Source: Paragordius varius
Taxonomy: Eukaryota; Animalia; Nematomorpha
Assembly (NCBI GenBank): GCA_964247055.1
Contig: OZ176057.1
Location: 3,906,001 to 3,970,000 of the forward strand
Reading direction: 5' to 3'
DNA: 64,000 nucleotides
Made by a program: the position numbers and the translations under genes. Below the pieces are notes generated by a model, which did no database searches, was not told the DNA's origin, and saw only the letters and a list, made by a program, of their open reading frames with translations. This document shows, in pieces, positions 13,401-25,800 of the stretch (positions are counted from its first letter, which is position 1; every line of letters begins with the position of its first letter).

Positions 13401-14471
13401 ATAGAAATACTGCAGAATATTGGCACATAACTAGATTTAAAAATTAATAGGATTATACAAGGTTTAATAATGAAGAATTAAGAAAAAAATATGTTAGCCT
13501 AGTATGGCGATTAATTCCCTAGCTTGTAATAGCAACAAAAAACTAAAAAGGCCTGAAATCTACGCAGCCGTTTTAGACTTTTCTAAAATAAACACAGACA
13601 ACTCTTTTTGTAGGATTATTTTGGAAATGATGGCATGTATATATATATATATATATATGTATATAAAATACCTAAACGTATTCTTTTGTAATTAAATAAA
13701 ATTAATATAAAAAAGGTAATGTTTATGTAATGTAGGATATACAAATTCATCTATTTAAAATAGTGCCAATTTTTCTCAAAAATATATTTGATACGAAATG
13801 CAAAAATTATATTAACAGGCCAAAACTTAATCCTTCTTGAAAGATTGACGATCGGTACAATTAAATAAGATTCATGATAATAAAAGCAAATTATATAAAC
13901 AAATATGAAAGATTATGATTGCAATAAAATGTTTTATATAGAGTTAAATTATATTTTATCCATTTAAGTAATCATAAAAATTAAAAAAACCTCATAAAAA
14001 AATCTCATATACTTTTTGTTCGAAATATTTTTGGCATAGTAAACCAATGTTGTGTTGATGCCAAAAAAGAAACTCATCAATAATCAACGAATTATGGTTG
14101 GTTAATATGTTTGAAGCTTTAGTTGATGTAGACATCCAATTGTGACTGAGTTTGTAATTATTTACCAGGTACTTTAAAATAACGGGTCTATACTTTAACC
14201 AAAATTATATTACGCTTGCGACAAACCGTTTTGAACCTCATTATTAAATATAAAGGGTAAGGATCCACTAAAGTTCAATTTGAAAAATTCGTCCATTAAC
14301 CGCTTATAAGTATCTATTGATAAATAATTTAATTAACCAACCGTTCTGTTTATAGTTTTCTTTAATTGGTACTCCATAATATGGGACACGTTCTGCTTTC
14401 AAAAGTAGCATAACACTCCGACATCCTGGATTGATCAAATCATAGAAGAAAAATAAATTTTTAGTTGGCAT
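10422..14471 (-). CDS. Divergent theta-class glutathione S-transferase-like protein, ~340 aa. Exons (minus): 14342..14471, 14214..14313, 14013..14187, 10422..11039
   Basis: The spliced product follows the GSTT motif order: FYDLINPGCRSV (cf. YLDLLSQPCRAV), FFKLNFSGSLP (cf. FAQVNPLKKVP), LSQAPVILKYL (cf. LTESVAILLYL), IDEFLFWHQHNI (cf. VDEYLAWQHTTL), IENALELVQNDWL, LNIGHIVLICSL (cf. ISLADLVAITEL), DVFGSDRPVL (cf. QVFEGRPKL). All phases agree with GT-AG introns of 28, 26 and 2973 nt. Confidence 0.85.
12230..13420 (-). mobile_element. Decayed RTE-like non-LTR retrotransposon (RT and 3' part) in GST intron 3
   Basis: The minus strand carries GLQGCPI*P (GxRQGCPLSP), TLYANDLML at ~13119-13130 (YADD), LRIKDRI*EAPI*AAVIMYDS (KIRIYKxxIRxVLLYGSE) and a WRN...NP 3' end. 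Many stops and frameshifts. Confidence 0.7.
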
Positions 14472-15373
14472 AAATTTTTATGTAAAAACGGTGGTCTGAT
14501 TCTCAATAAATATAAGGTGTTTTTAGTCACGTAATTTTTCTTTAACCTCATGGTTATCATATGTTATTTAGCGTTAAAATATTACATGGCTGATAATATA
14601 TATAATATATATTAAAATAAATCGATATCTATTAGATATAAGCATTTGATCGATATATAGATAGATGTTTCTAATATTTTTATAAGTTATTTCAATATCT
14701 ATCTACTGCTGAAAAAAACAATGAAATAGCACCATAAAATAGAATATATTTACTGTCAAAAAAATTAAAAGGGGATGGATGGGGGTGAAAAAATTTTCCG
14801 ATGAAATCCAAATTACCGTTTCTAAAATGAATTGTCCCTTAAAATAAAGGTAAAAGTGCCGAGATAGTGGGATAAAATTTTAATTATATAAAATTTGGTT
14901 ATAAGGTTTTTTCCGAATAAAGAAGTTAGTTAAAAATTTAATTTATAGCAAAGTTTTGTTGAGGCCAACCACATATTATTTGGAGGCATGATAGAAACAG
15001 AAAATATCGCTTTAAGATAGTATAAAAACACCTTTTCATAATTGAATGTTGCTTTATATCGCCACAATTTTTAAATAAAATGTTTTCAGATTTGGTTAAT
15101 ATGCCTAAACCTAAAAGTATAAACCAAAAAAATATATTTAATAATTAGGTAATACCAAATTTATTAATAAAAAATTTATTATATAAATAAATATTTATGT
15201 TGTTAGTAGTGCGTTAAAGTTATGATTATTTTGAGATAAAATAACATCAAAATTATAAACGTGCTGCTATAATTAATATTTAATATATTACAAAATAAGC
15301 AATTCAAAAATAAAATTTATTTATGATGTAAATTAGGCAAATCAAAGTTCAATATTTTCTTAAAGACATAATA

Positions 15374-18078
15374 TTAGGCTATTGCGTGAGCTTCAGGCAG
15401 GAATGCTTCCCAACATTTTACAATCTAAAAGGTGCACAAAAAAATAATTTTAAAATTATAATCATAATTAAATTAAAAAATTATTCAAGAGCGTCCAATA
15501 TAAATGATATAGACAATATACAGCCAACTTTAATTTTTTTATATTTTAATCATATTTTTTATCGGTAAACACAAAAAAATGTAACGTATTATAGAATTGT
15601 TATCATATTTCACCTATAAATTTAAATAGATATCCATAAAACTATAGCATTTAGGAAAAATGTAAATATTATCGAACCCACAAAAATATTCATTTATTTC
15701 AAAAAAACAATTTACTTGATTTTGAGCCTTCAACAAATTTTGCAAATAAAGCACAAACGTATCCTTAAACTCTTTAATGCGTTCCCTTTCAAAACGAGTC
15801 ACTTCTCGCCGTATGTTGGCCGAAATAAGTTCATACTCTTTATGAGCAAAGGCTGTCCTTTCTTCCCACTAATGAAACAGGAAAAAAAATTTTTTTTCAT
15901 TTTTTATAAAATAGAATTATAATTTTGACAAATTCGAACAAAAAAAATAATTAAATTTTTTTCACTTGTAAAAAAATATGCTTTAAGAAAATATTTGGTT
16001 GGTTTATAACTTACTTTCAATTTATTGACACTAATTCTATAGGTTTTAATTTAAAATTCGCTTGATGGTAATAATGCAAAATTATATTTTATATTTTTAA
16101 TTGTAAAAATGAGACATACTGCAGCTAAAAACTGTAGTAATATAAAAAAACTTTAAATTTAAATAAATGTTAAATCATAACCGTACAAAATTGTACAGAT
16201 TCAAAAATATTAATTACCGTTAAGTCGTATTATTACTTTAGTTAGTTATATTAAATCTTTAAAAGGCGAAATTATATATACCATTTACAGTTCAAATTAA
16301 CCCTTAAACAATTCAAGTTCAACCTTGAACAATTCAAATTCACCTTCGAACAATTCAAATTCACCCTATAATAAATTATGTGTTTTTTAAGATTGAAATT
16401 TACCTATATTTTTTTATATTTTTTAAAAAAAAGAAACTTTGTATGTAATCAAAATAATACTGAAAAAATAATAAACTTTGCCAAAAAATATATTTAATTA
16501 AAATGATGAGTTATATTAGACCAAAATTTCATAACTTATTTTCAAGGGTTTTGAATTGTTCGAGGGTGAATTTGAATTGTAAATGCTATATATAAATAAA
16601 AAAAGTCTGAAACAACAAAAATTTTACATCCTTAATTTCATTCCTAAGTTCCGCTATTTTGGCTGGAACGACGTTACTTTCAACACTAGTATTTGATGGT
16701 GGTATATTATTTGCAGCGTTATGAGGATAAAGTAGGTTAAGATTTGTCGATAATTCTTTGCGTTTTTTCAACAAGTTATTTTGGGCACTCATCTATAAAA
16801 GTTTACATTTTAGTCTATACTATTAAGAAAAAAAATTAGATTAAAGAAAAGGACAATTTTTTAGACAAAACATGAGAATTTTTTCATATATGTAAAAAAT
16901 TGTAAAATGTATAATTAAAAAGAAAAGTGTTATCAATTCCCAGGCCTAATTATTTTAGGCCTGTATTCCAAGCTTTTTGGCGATATAAGTTAATAATGCC
17001 CTTAAAAAATAACGTTTTTTTCCACAAATCCAACACGATTCAATTAGATTCGTCATATATCAATTTGGGAAAATTTGGAAATATTTTAAATAATTTACAT
17101 GAAAATCTCAAAAAATCAAATAAAAAACCAGATTATTCTAAGCTTTGAGACAATAAGTAAAGCCCTGTTGAACAATATTATATATATATACTTTTTTCTA
17201 TTTAAATCATTTTTCAACCATTTTTGAACTTAAAACTATATTTTATACAGTTAAAATTTTTTACATAAACAGAAAAAAAACCAAATTATTCCAAGCTTTC
17301 TGGAAATAGGTGAAAACCTGTTTAACATGAAATATATAAGATTTAAACTTTTTTCATTTTTCATCATTTTTCCACAATTTTTGAACTTAAAACTATTAAA
17401 ATATTTTATAATACATTGAAAAATCTACATAAAATAGAAGAAAAAAACCAAATCCAAGCTTTTTGGCGAGTTAAGGCTAGTACTTACATTTTATATTTAT
17501 AATTTTACTTTTTTCACCATTTTTAAACTTAAAACTAATAATAAATCATTTAGACAGTTAAAATTTTACATAAAATAAAAGAAAAAAAAAACCAAATTAT
17601 TCCAAGCTTTCTGGCGATAGGTAAAGGCTTGTTTAACCGCCCCAATCAATGAAACATAATCTTTCAAGGTTTCACACAACACGAAAAAATCATTGTGAGC
17701 CAAGCCTACCATTAGATTTGTTGTATCATTTCCAAACTATTTAATTAAAATAAAATTTAATTATAAAAATTAATTATATATACCATTTACAGTTTAAATT
17801 CACCCTTGAACAATTTAAATTCACCATCGAAGAATTCAAATTTACCCTAAAAATAAATTATGTGTTTTTTAAGATTATATACCTATATTTTTTATATTTA
17901 TAAAAAAGGAAATTTATATGTAATCAAAATAATTATGAAAAAATATTAAACTATGCCATAAAGATATATTTATTATTAATAGAAAACTTATAATTTATTT
18001 TTCGGGTGAATTTGAATTGTTCAAGGGTGAATTAGAATTGTTCAAGGGTGAAATTGAACTGTAAATGGTATATAAAAC

Positions 18079-18123
<45 letters not shown>

Positions 18124-19824
18124 TCCTTAAAATTAAACCATATTTCAAATTCTTTAAACTATAATGTCTAAGATTTTTAGAGGCTTTAGTAACACAAAAA
18201 CCTAAACCCAATTACTTATCGGAAAAATGAAGAGTTTTTAAACGATAATGAATATTTTAGAAATATATATCAATTAAACACACAAAACAAGAATATTTAT
18301 TTAATTTTGTAGATTTTTTTTTAATTTTACTTTAAAACATCTAATGGAATGCATGGGGTGTTTTAAGTCTATAAAAATTCAAATCACCTGATCTGCACGA
18401 ATAGAATGATTTCGATTTAATAGATCTGAACTGAAAATTCGTATGTTAAGTTACATAATCTGATAATTTTATTAACTTTCCTTATAAACAATTATTTTCA
18501 CGAAACTTAATAACTTTTTAAAACATTCATTCTAAAAATAAATTCTCTTAAAATGCTATTACACCTTTTAATTTTATGGAAATAATTCAATAAAACACCA
18601 GTAAATGAGACTGATTTAAAAATATTAAAAAGTAAATTTGTCATAATTTTAACAATAAATCTCATTAATATAACATATTTTTTCATAAATCTACATTTAT
18701 TTTTCTTGACAAATTATAAATTTTTTTGAAATTGAAATTCATTCAAATCGAAATTTACGGACAAAACGTGAGTAAAGACAAATATTTTTTTAACATACTT
18801 TTTTGATTTCTAACATAACTCATTGTAACAAAGTATAAAATAAGATGTAAATTGGTAACACAATCAAATACGTATTTTACGATAGTATTTAACTGTTTTT
18901 TTATGGATTAATAGAGAAGGTTCAAAAAAGTATGGTTGTCTTTTGAAAAAAAATTTTTCTTTATGTTTTTATGTTTTGTCCGTATAATTTCAATTTTTAC
19001 TGTAAATCACCTGATCAGCATGAACTGAAGGATTTAAGTTTAGGATATCAGAACCGGAGATTTGTTCAATCCGTTCCTCAACTTGGGCCAACTGACTGAG
19101 GGCACGTGACAGACCATGTGATTCCTCGGCATTAGCCAATAGGGCTAGAGCCTTACTAAATGCCGCTGTGCTATTGGATAACTCTAATATATGTTATAAA
19201 AAAATTATATTTTTTTAAAAGAGGATATTAAACATTAAAATATAATAAAATTTAATATAAAACAAAAATATGTTTTAAAATTTAAAAATTATCATAGAAT
19301 AATAAATGATATTATATAAATTACAAAAAGTATAATAAGTGGTTTTATCGATATATACAATACTCACTTATATATATATAAGAAAAAAATTACACATATT
19401 TTTTCAGTTGAGCAATTTGCAAAACAGAAGTGTATGGAAAAAACAACAATATGTTAAATTAACAATTAATTCCTTTCTTTTTTCCATACACTCCTGTTTT
19501 GCAAATTGCTCTTCCATAGTATGATATAAGCACTCATTTAAATGCATACTGTATCTTTTTCGATTTACAAAAAGTTTTAATTTATTTAAACTAATTAAAG
19601 GTTAAATTTTAAACTTTAAATATTATTTTTATCTTTTTTTTGAAATAAAAACCTTTTCTGTGATGTACCAAAGCTTCAACACTGGCATGTAATTTTCGCA
19701 TTTGAGAATCTAAATTTTCAATTTGATTCTGCATCTCCTCAAACCACTAAAATATTTTGATATAAAATTCATAGTTTATAGTTTAAAAATATAAATTATA
19801 TTTTTATTTTGGTGGATATAATTA

Positions 19825-19896
<72 letters not shown>

Positions 19897-22800
19897 TACA
19901 TATGATTTTCTAAAAGAGAGAATTATAAAAATTTGAATCGTACGGACAAAACGTAAAAATATAAAGGACAATTTTTTTTTCAAAAGCCAACCATACTTTT
20001 TTAAACCTCCTTATTAAATCCTATAAAAAACTAAATACAATCGTAAAATATATAATTGATTGTGTTACTACAATATACATGTCTATTTTTTAGTTTGTGA
20101 TTTGAAATAATAATTTACATTTAAAAAAATAAGATTTAAAAAATATGGTTATTTTTAAAAAAATAATATTTGTCCTTTATATTTTTACGTTTTGTCGCCG
20201 TATATAATTTCAATTTTTACCGTAAATTGGTTATAAATTTGAGAAGGTGTTCTTTTTATAAATTATTATTGTTTTGATTTTTTTGATTAAAGATTCCAAA
20301 AAATTTAGTATCCGGACAAATATTATATAAAAATTGATCAATAAAACTTATCATTATATTATATCATATAAAAATCTATATCTCTTATTTTTTATCGCTA
20401 ATGCACATATATGATTGCCTTGATTTTATATCTTTTACATCTGTGAATTCAAATAATATTCAAATTAAATTAATAACATGGGATAAATTATTGAAACTGT
20501 AAAAAATAATTTTATAATAATTTTGAATTATTAGTTGTTAAACATGCAAGAAAATTAACAATAAATATAAATATATACATATATATATGTTTAAAACTAA
20601 ATTTAATAACTTAAATAAAGTTTTATAAAATTTAATTTTTATAATTTTTTTATAAAAAAAATCAAACATAATCATTACATGTTCATTTATATCATCTTGA
20701 ATAATGGTATTGTTGGTGGTATTGCTGTTATCTAAATTAGACCCAAAATTTCCTGAATCATTACCAGCTGATCCTATGAATGAAATGGCTGCGCCAGACC
20801 CTAAGAGAAAAAAAATAAGATATAAAAGTTTTTAAAAAGTTAAATATAACCAAAATAATTTTTTAAGAAATCAGATAATAAGTTTTAAAAAGTTATATCT
20901 TTAAATTGAAATAGTAAATATATTTTTGAAATATAAATGTTGTAAGTCTAATATAATCAGGTTACTCAATTATTTACTCCTTGCAATATCGACTCTGCAA
21001 AGGATTATAATAATAATGTAAAAACCCTTAAAGCTTAACGATTTCAAATTTTAATCTCAGATTTATCTGAACTAATAATGTCAAACCTTTAAAAAGATTA
21101 ATACTGCAAAGTGGGTACTGAAAAACGCATTTATTAGTTATTTTCCATTTACTGCCTATATTCGTATAAGACCTCTGTGCGGCACGCAAAAAATTTTAAA
21201 TTCATAATTTACAAAACCACGTTAAGAAAATCTTAGTAAATTTATAATTCCTTAGACAATTTTTTTCTTTTTGAAAGAAAGCTATTCATATAGCAAGATC
21301 GAGAAAAATTGTGCATTCCGTTTTCTTTTACATGAAAGTCCCCATAGGTTTTTTTCCAATAAACCAACACACCCGTGGTATAATCAAACTATTCAAAATC
21401 CTTGTATAAAAAAACTCATTTCCGTTATAACCTCAGACATCTAAAATTTAAAAATGAAATTTTTTTTTTTAAATTATTTACCAGAGGTATTATTAAACGA
21501 TGCATTAGTAGTCCCAGGTGGCATCATACTTAATTTACTGCTTATATTATCAGCCAAGCGTCCAATAATCCGTAACATATTATTGGAACTTAACGTGGCT
21601 GTATTCGTAGATCTAGGCAATTCCCCCTCAACTGAAAGGAATTCGTGAAGGCTTGGATCTATCATGAGTGTAGCGTGATTTGCTGTACGATTTATATATC
21701 TGTTGTGGAAAAAATGATTAATTGAATAATTTTTTGAAAAAAAAGTTAAGCTTAAATATATGTCGAGTAAGCAAAAAACATAATTATCTGTTGAAAAATA
21801 CAATTAATGGTTATTTCAAGAGTTTTTACTAAACTTTTTTTTTTAAAAAAGACAAAAATGGGGTTGTATCATGAGTGTAGCGTGATTTGCTATACGATTT
21901 ATATATCTGTTGTGGAAAAAATGATGGAATAATTTTATGAAAAAAAGTTTAGGAGAGATGTATGATAAAAAATAAAAAATGAATATATATCTGTTGTGAA
22001 AAAAAGTTAAAATAATGGTTATTTTGAGAATATTTTTTTAATAAACTTTTTTTTTCTTCAAAAAGTTTGAGAAGAATATAAGAAAAAAATGAGCATATGT
22101 TGTGTAAGTAAAAGGCATTGTTTGAAAAAAGTTTAGAAGAAAATTTTGATAAAAAAATTCATTTATCATGAGTGTAGCGTGATTTGCTGTACGATTTATA
22201 TATCTGTTGTTCAAAAAAAGGTGAAAATAATGGTTAATTTGAGAATTTTTTTTTACTAAACTTTTTTATCTCAAAAAGTTTAGGGAAAAGAGATATATGT
22301 CGAGTAAGCAAAAAACATAATTATCAGTAAGAAAGTAAATATATTGGTTATTTTGAGAATTTTTTTTACTAAAATTTTTTTCAAAAAGTTTAGGAAAAAT
22401 GTTAAATATCGGTTTAAATTGGAATAATTTTTTGCAAAAAAAAGTTTAAAAGTGTATGATAAAAAAGAAAATTTATGTATCATGAGTGTATCGTGATTTG
22501 CTGTACGATTTATATATCTGTTAAAAAAGTAAAAATATTGGTTATTTCGAAAGTTTTTACTAAAAGTTTAGGAAAAATGTAAGAAAAAATAGGGTTCTAT
22601 CATGAGTGAAGTGTGATTTTTAAGGTTTTAATAAACTTTTTTGGGTAAAATTAATAGGAGCGTCTATGCCAAGTATGCTAAAAATGTAAAAAACACAGTC
22701 ACATTAAGCGAAATAAATCGCATACTTACCTATTATCCGTCCAATGATCAAATATGGCGTTAAATTTAAATAAATTAAATTCTGTTTAAGTTAGTTTGTA

Positions 22801-25800
22801 AGAAAATATAATTGCCTTATAATTTATAAATTTGCAAAAGAAAAATATTTGTGTTTTTTTGAGAAAAAATGCAAGTCCAATTAAAAATGGTTTAAAATTT
22901 TAGCAAAACAAATAAAAAACATTATTTGTTAAGCTACCTTTCAAGTGCGGCCCGTCGGCGTTCGGCAAAATCAGCTGAGAAGGTGTCATCCTTTGAACTA
23001 ATCTTTAGTTTTGTCATACCTAAAAAATAGATGAATAAAATTATGCATATAAAATATTTTCTAAAATAACGTAAATTTAATAATCAAAAACTAATTTTCA
23101 TTAAAAAGGCATGAAAGCATAAAGGTTAAAAAAGTATTTTAAAAATGGGGCCCTAATAAAATGTAAAACACTGCTTTTTGGATCAAATAAACCATCTCAC
23201 CAATAAAAGCAAAATTATTATTGCTAATTTTTTCGGTAATAGGTAAATGTCTTTTTAAAAATTTTTTTTTAAAAAAGTTTGATTAAATAAAGTAAATTTT
23301 CATTAAAATTATCACGTAAAAAATAGCAAAAATTCTTTTGTATAAAATAACAATTACAGCTATGTTATACTCCTCTCCCAAAAAAATTGCAAAGTTTTTT
23401 TATGGTTAATTTTTTATTATAAGGGTTTTGATAGATGTTTTAAAGTCTTTTAACAACAGGTATCAAAATTGTCCAATTTTTACTTCAAAAAAGCAAAATA
23501 TTCAAAGAACACAAACAATTTACCCAATAAACTCTTGTAGGAGGTACGGGTATAACGTAACCTAGATGGGCATATTTAGTCACAAAAAAATTCTGTGATT
23601 TGGTTTCCTTACGCGTTTTAGAGCTCTTTTACCAACATATTTTCAGTATCATGATTGTCAACTTTTTTTACATATAAAAGGCAAAAATAGTAAAACAAAA
23701 AACAAAAACAATTTACCCAATAAACTTTTGCTAAGAGAATATAAAGTAACCTAGATGAGCATATTTAGTCACTAAAAATTTATTTAATTTGGTTTCATTC
23801 CGTGTTTTAGAGCTCTTTTTTAGTATCACAATTCCAATTTTTACTTCAAAAAAAGCAAAAATATTCAAAAAACGAACTATTTACCAAAAAACCATTTCTT
23901 AGAGAATATAAAGTAACCTAGATGGGCATATTTAGTCACATAAAAATATTCTTTAATTTGGTTTCATTACGCGTTTTAGAGCTCTTTTTCAGTATCAAAA
24001 TTGTCAACTTTTTAACATATAAAAAGCAAAAAAAGCGAAAAATATTCAAAAAACACAAACAATTTACCCAGCAAAGTTTTGCTAGGAGGGATAGGTTTAA
24101 CGTAACCTAGATGGGTATATTTAGAAGTCACAAAAAATTTATTTAATTTAAGTTTCATTACGCGTTTTAAAGCTCTTTTAACAATATGTTGTTAGTATCA
24201 AAATCCAATTTTATATATAAAAGGCAAAATATTTGAGGAACACAAACAATTTACCCAATAAACTTTTGCTAAAAGGTACACGTAATCTAAGACATTTTAG
24301 TCAATTTCTTTAATTTGGTTTGATTACGCGTAGAGCTCTTTTAACAACAAGTTGACAATATCAAATTGTCAACTTTTTAACATATTAAAGACAAAAATAG
24401 TAAAAAACTAAAAGAAAGAACAACTTACCAACAAACTTTTTCTGAGAGAATACAAAGTAACCTAAATGGGCATATTTAGTCCCTAAAAAATTTCTTTAAT
24501 TTGATGTCATTACGCGTTTTAGAGCTCTTTTTATCAAAATTGTCAACTTTTTAACATATAAAAGGGAAAAATAGTAAAAAACATAAAGAAAGAACAATTT
24601 ACCCAATAAACTTTTGATAGATGTTTTATAAAGTCTTTTAACATATTTGTAGATCAAAAATTATCCAATTTTTACTTCAAAAAGGCAAAAAAAACTTAAA
24701 GAAAGAATAATTTACCCAACAAACTTTTGCTGGGAGGTACAGGTATAACGTAACCTAGGTGAGCATATTTAGCGGTCAATTTTTCATGAAGGCCCAAGAA
24801 ATCGCTATAACGTCGAATAACGTGCCATTCCTCACCAGGTGTTTGTTGAATGCCAGTAACATTAAACACCTATAAAGGAAGTATAAGAAAATATATTCTT
24901 AAATGTTTAAAGGACAAAATCTTGAAATATTTATATATATTTTGAAACAGTTTTTTTTGAATAGTCTGATCTGTCTTGGAGAAAACTGGAATTTGGTTAT
25001 ATTGTATTGCATTTTACAGTATTATGTTTGATATCTAATAAATAATTTATGGAATATATATGAAACAGTTTTTTTTAAATAGCCTGTATGTATGTCTGTC
25101 TGTTGAATTGGCAAAAACTAGAATATTTTGTTATATAATATTGCATTTTACAGTATTAAGTATGATATATATCTAATAAATTATTTATGAATGCATATAT
25201 ATATATATATATATATATTTCTGCGGCCCGCCAAGCTCACTTTAAAAAATCACATTTTTTTAATTTTTTTCCTCGAATCCTAATCAATATGTAATAAATA
25301 CAGTAAAGCGACAATACCCGTTTACAGCTTTAATTCACTTAAACAATTCAAATTCACTCTGGAACAATTCAAATTCACCCTAAAATAAATTATGTTTTTT
25401 AAGATCAAAAATTACCTATATTTTCCTATATTTTTAAAAAAAGAAATTTAGTATGTAATCCAAATAATACTGAAAAAATAATAAAACTTTGCCATAAAAA
25501 TATATTTAATTTTAATGATGATTTATTCATAATTTATTTTTAGGGTAAATTTGAATTGTTTGAGAGTTAATTTGAATTGTTCAAGGATGATTTTGAAATG
25601 TAATTGGTATATCTAGAGCAGAAAAAAAGCTATAAAAACCATTTTCAGGCATAAAACTCGTACAAAAAATCCCATTTAAAATGTATCATACAAACCATAT
25701 TTTTTTCGAAATAAACTGAAAAACATGAATAAAAATCATATCAAATAACTAATTTTATGCTTCAAATTTTTCGTATCCGCTTTTTAGAAAAAATTTTCTT

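Noticed and set aside
14472-15373. SNX-GST operon (same strand, adjacent)
   Set aside because: The ~900-bp gap contains repeat-like sequence, and there is no direct evidence of polycistronic processing.
19410-19560. Minus-strand frame MEEQFAKQECMEKRKELIVN resembling SNX HRKEL
   Set aside because: The true HHRK|ELSN sequence is already encoded by exons 19653-19746 and 19011-19183, and no suitable splice sites flank this segment.
21340-21440. Possible SNX exon after a 40-nt intron (acceptor 21441)
   Set aside because: The required phase gives an immediate TGA. Exon 20679-20800 joins in phase instead.
23460-24760. CRISPR-like appearance (conserved core separated by variable sequence)
   Set aside because: The locus is a eukaryotic intron. 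The spacers are homologous to each other, the core equals SNX exon sequence, and no cas genes are present. The same applies to the other arrays.
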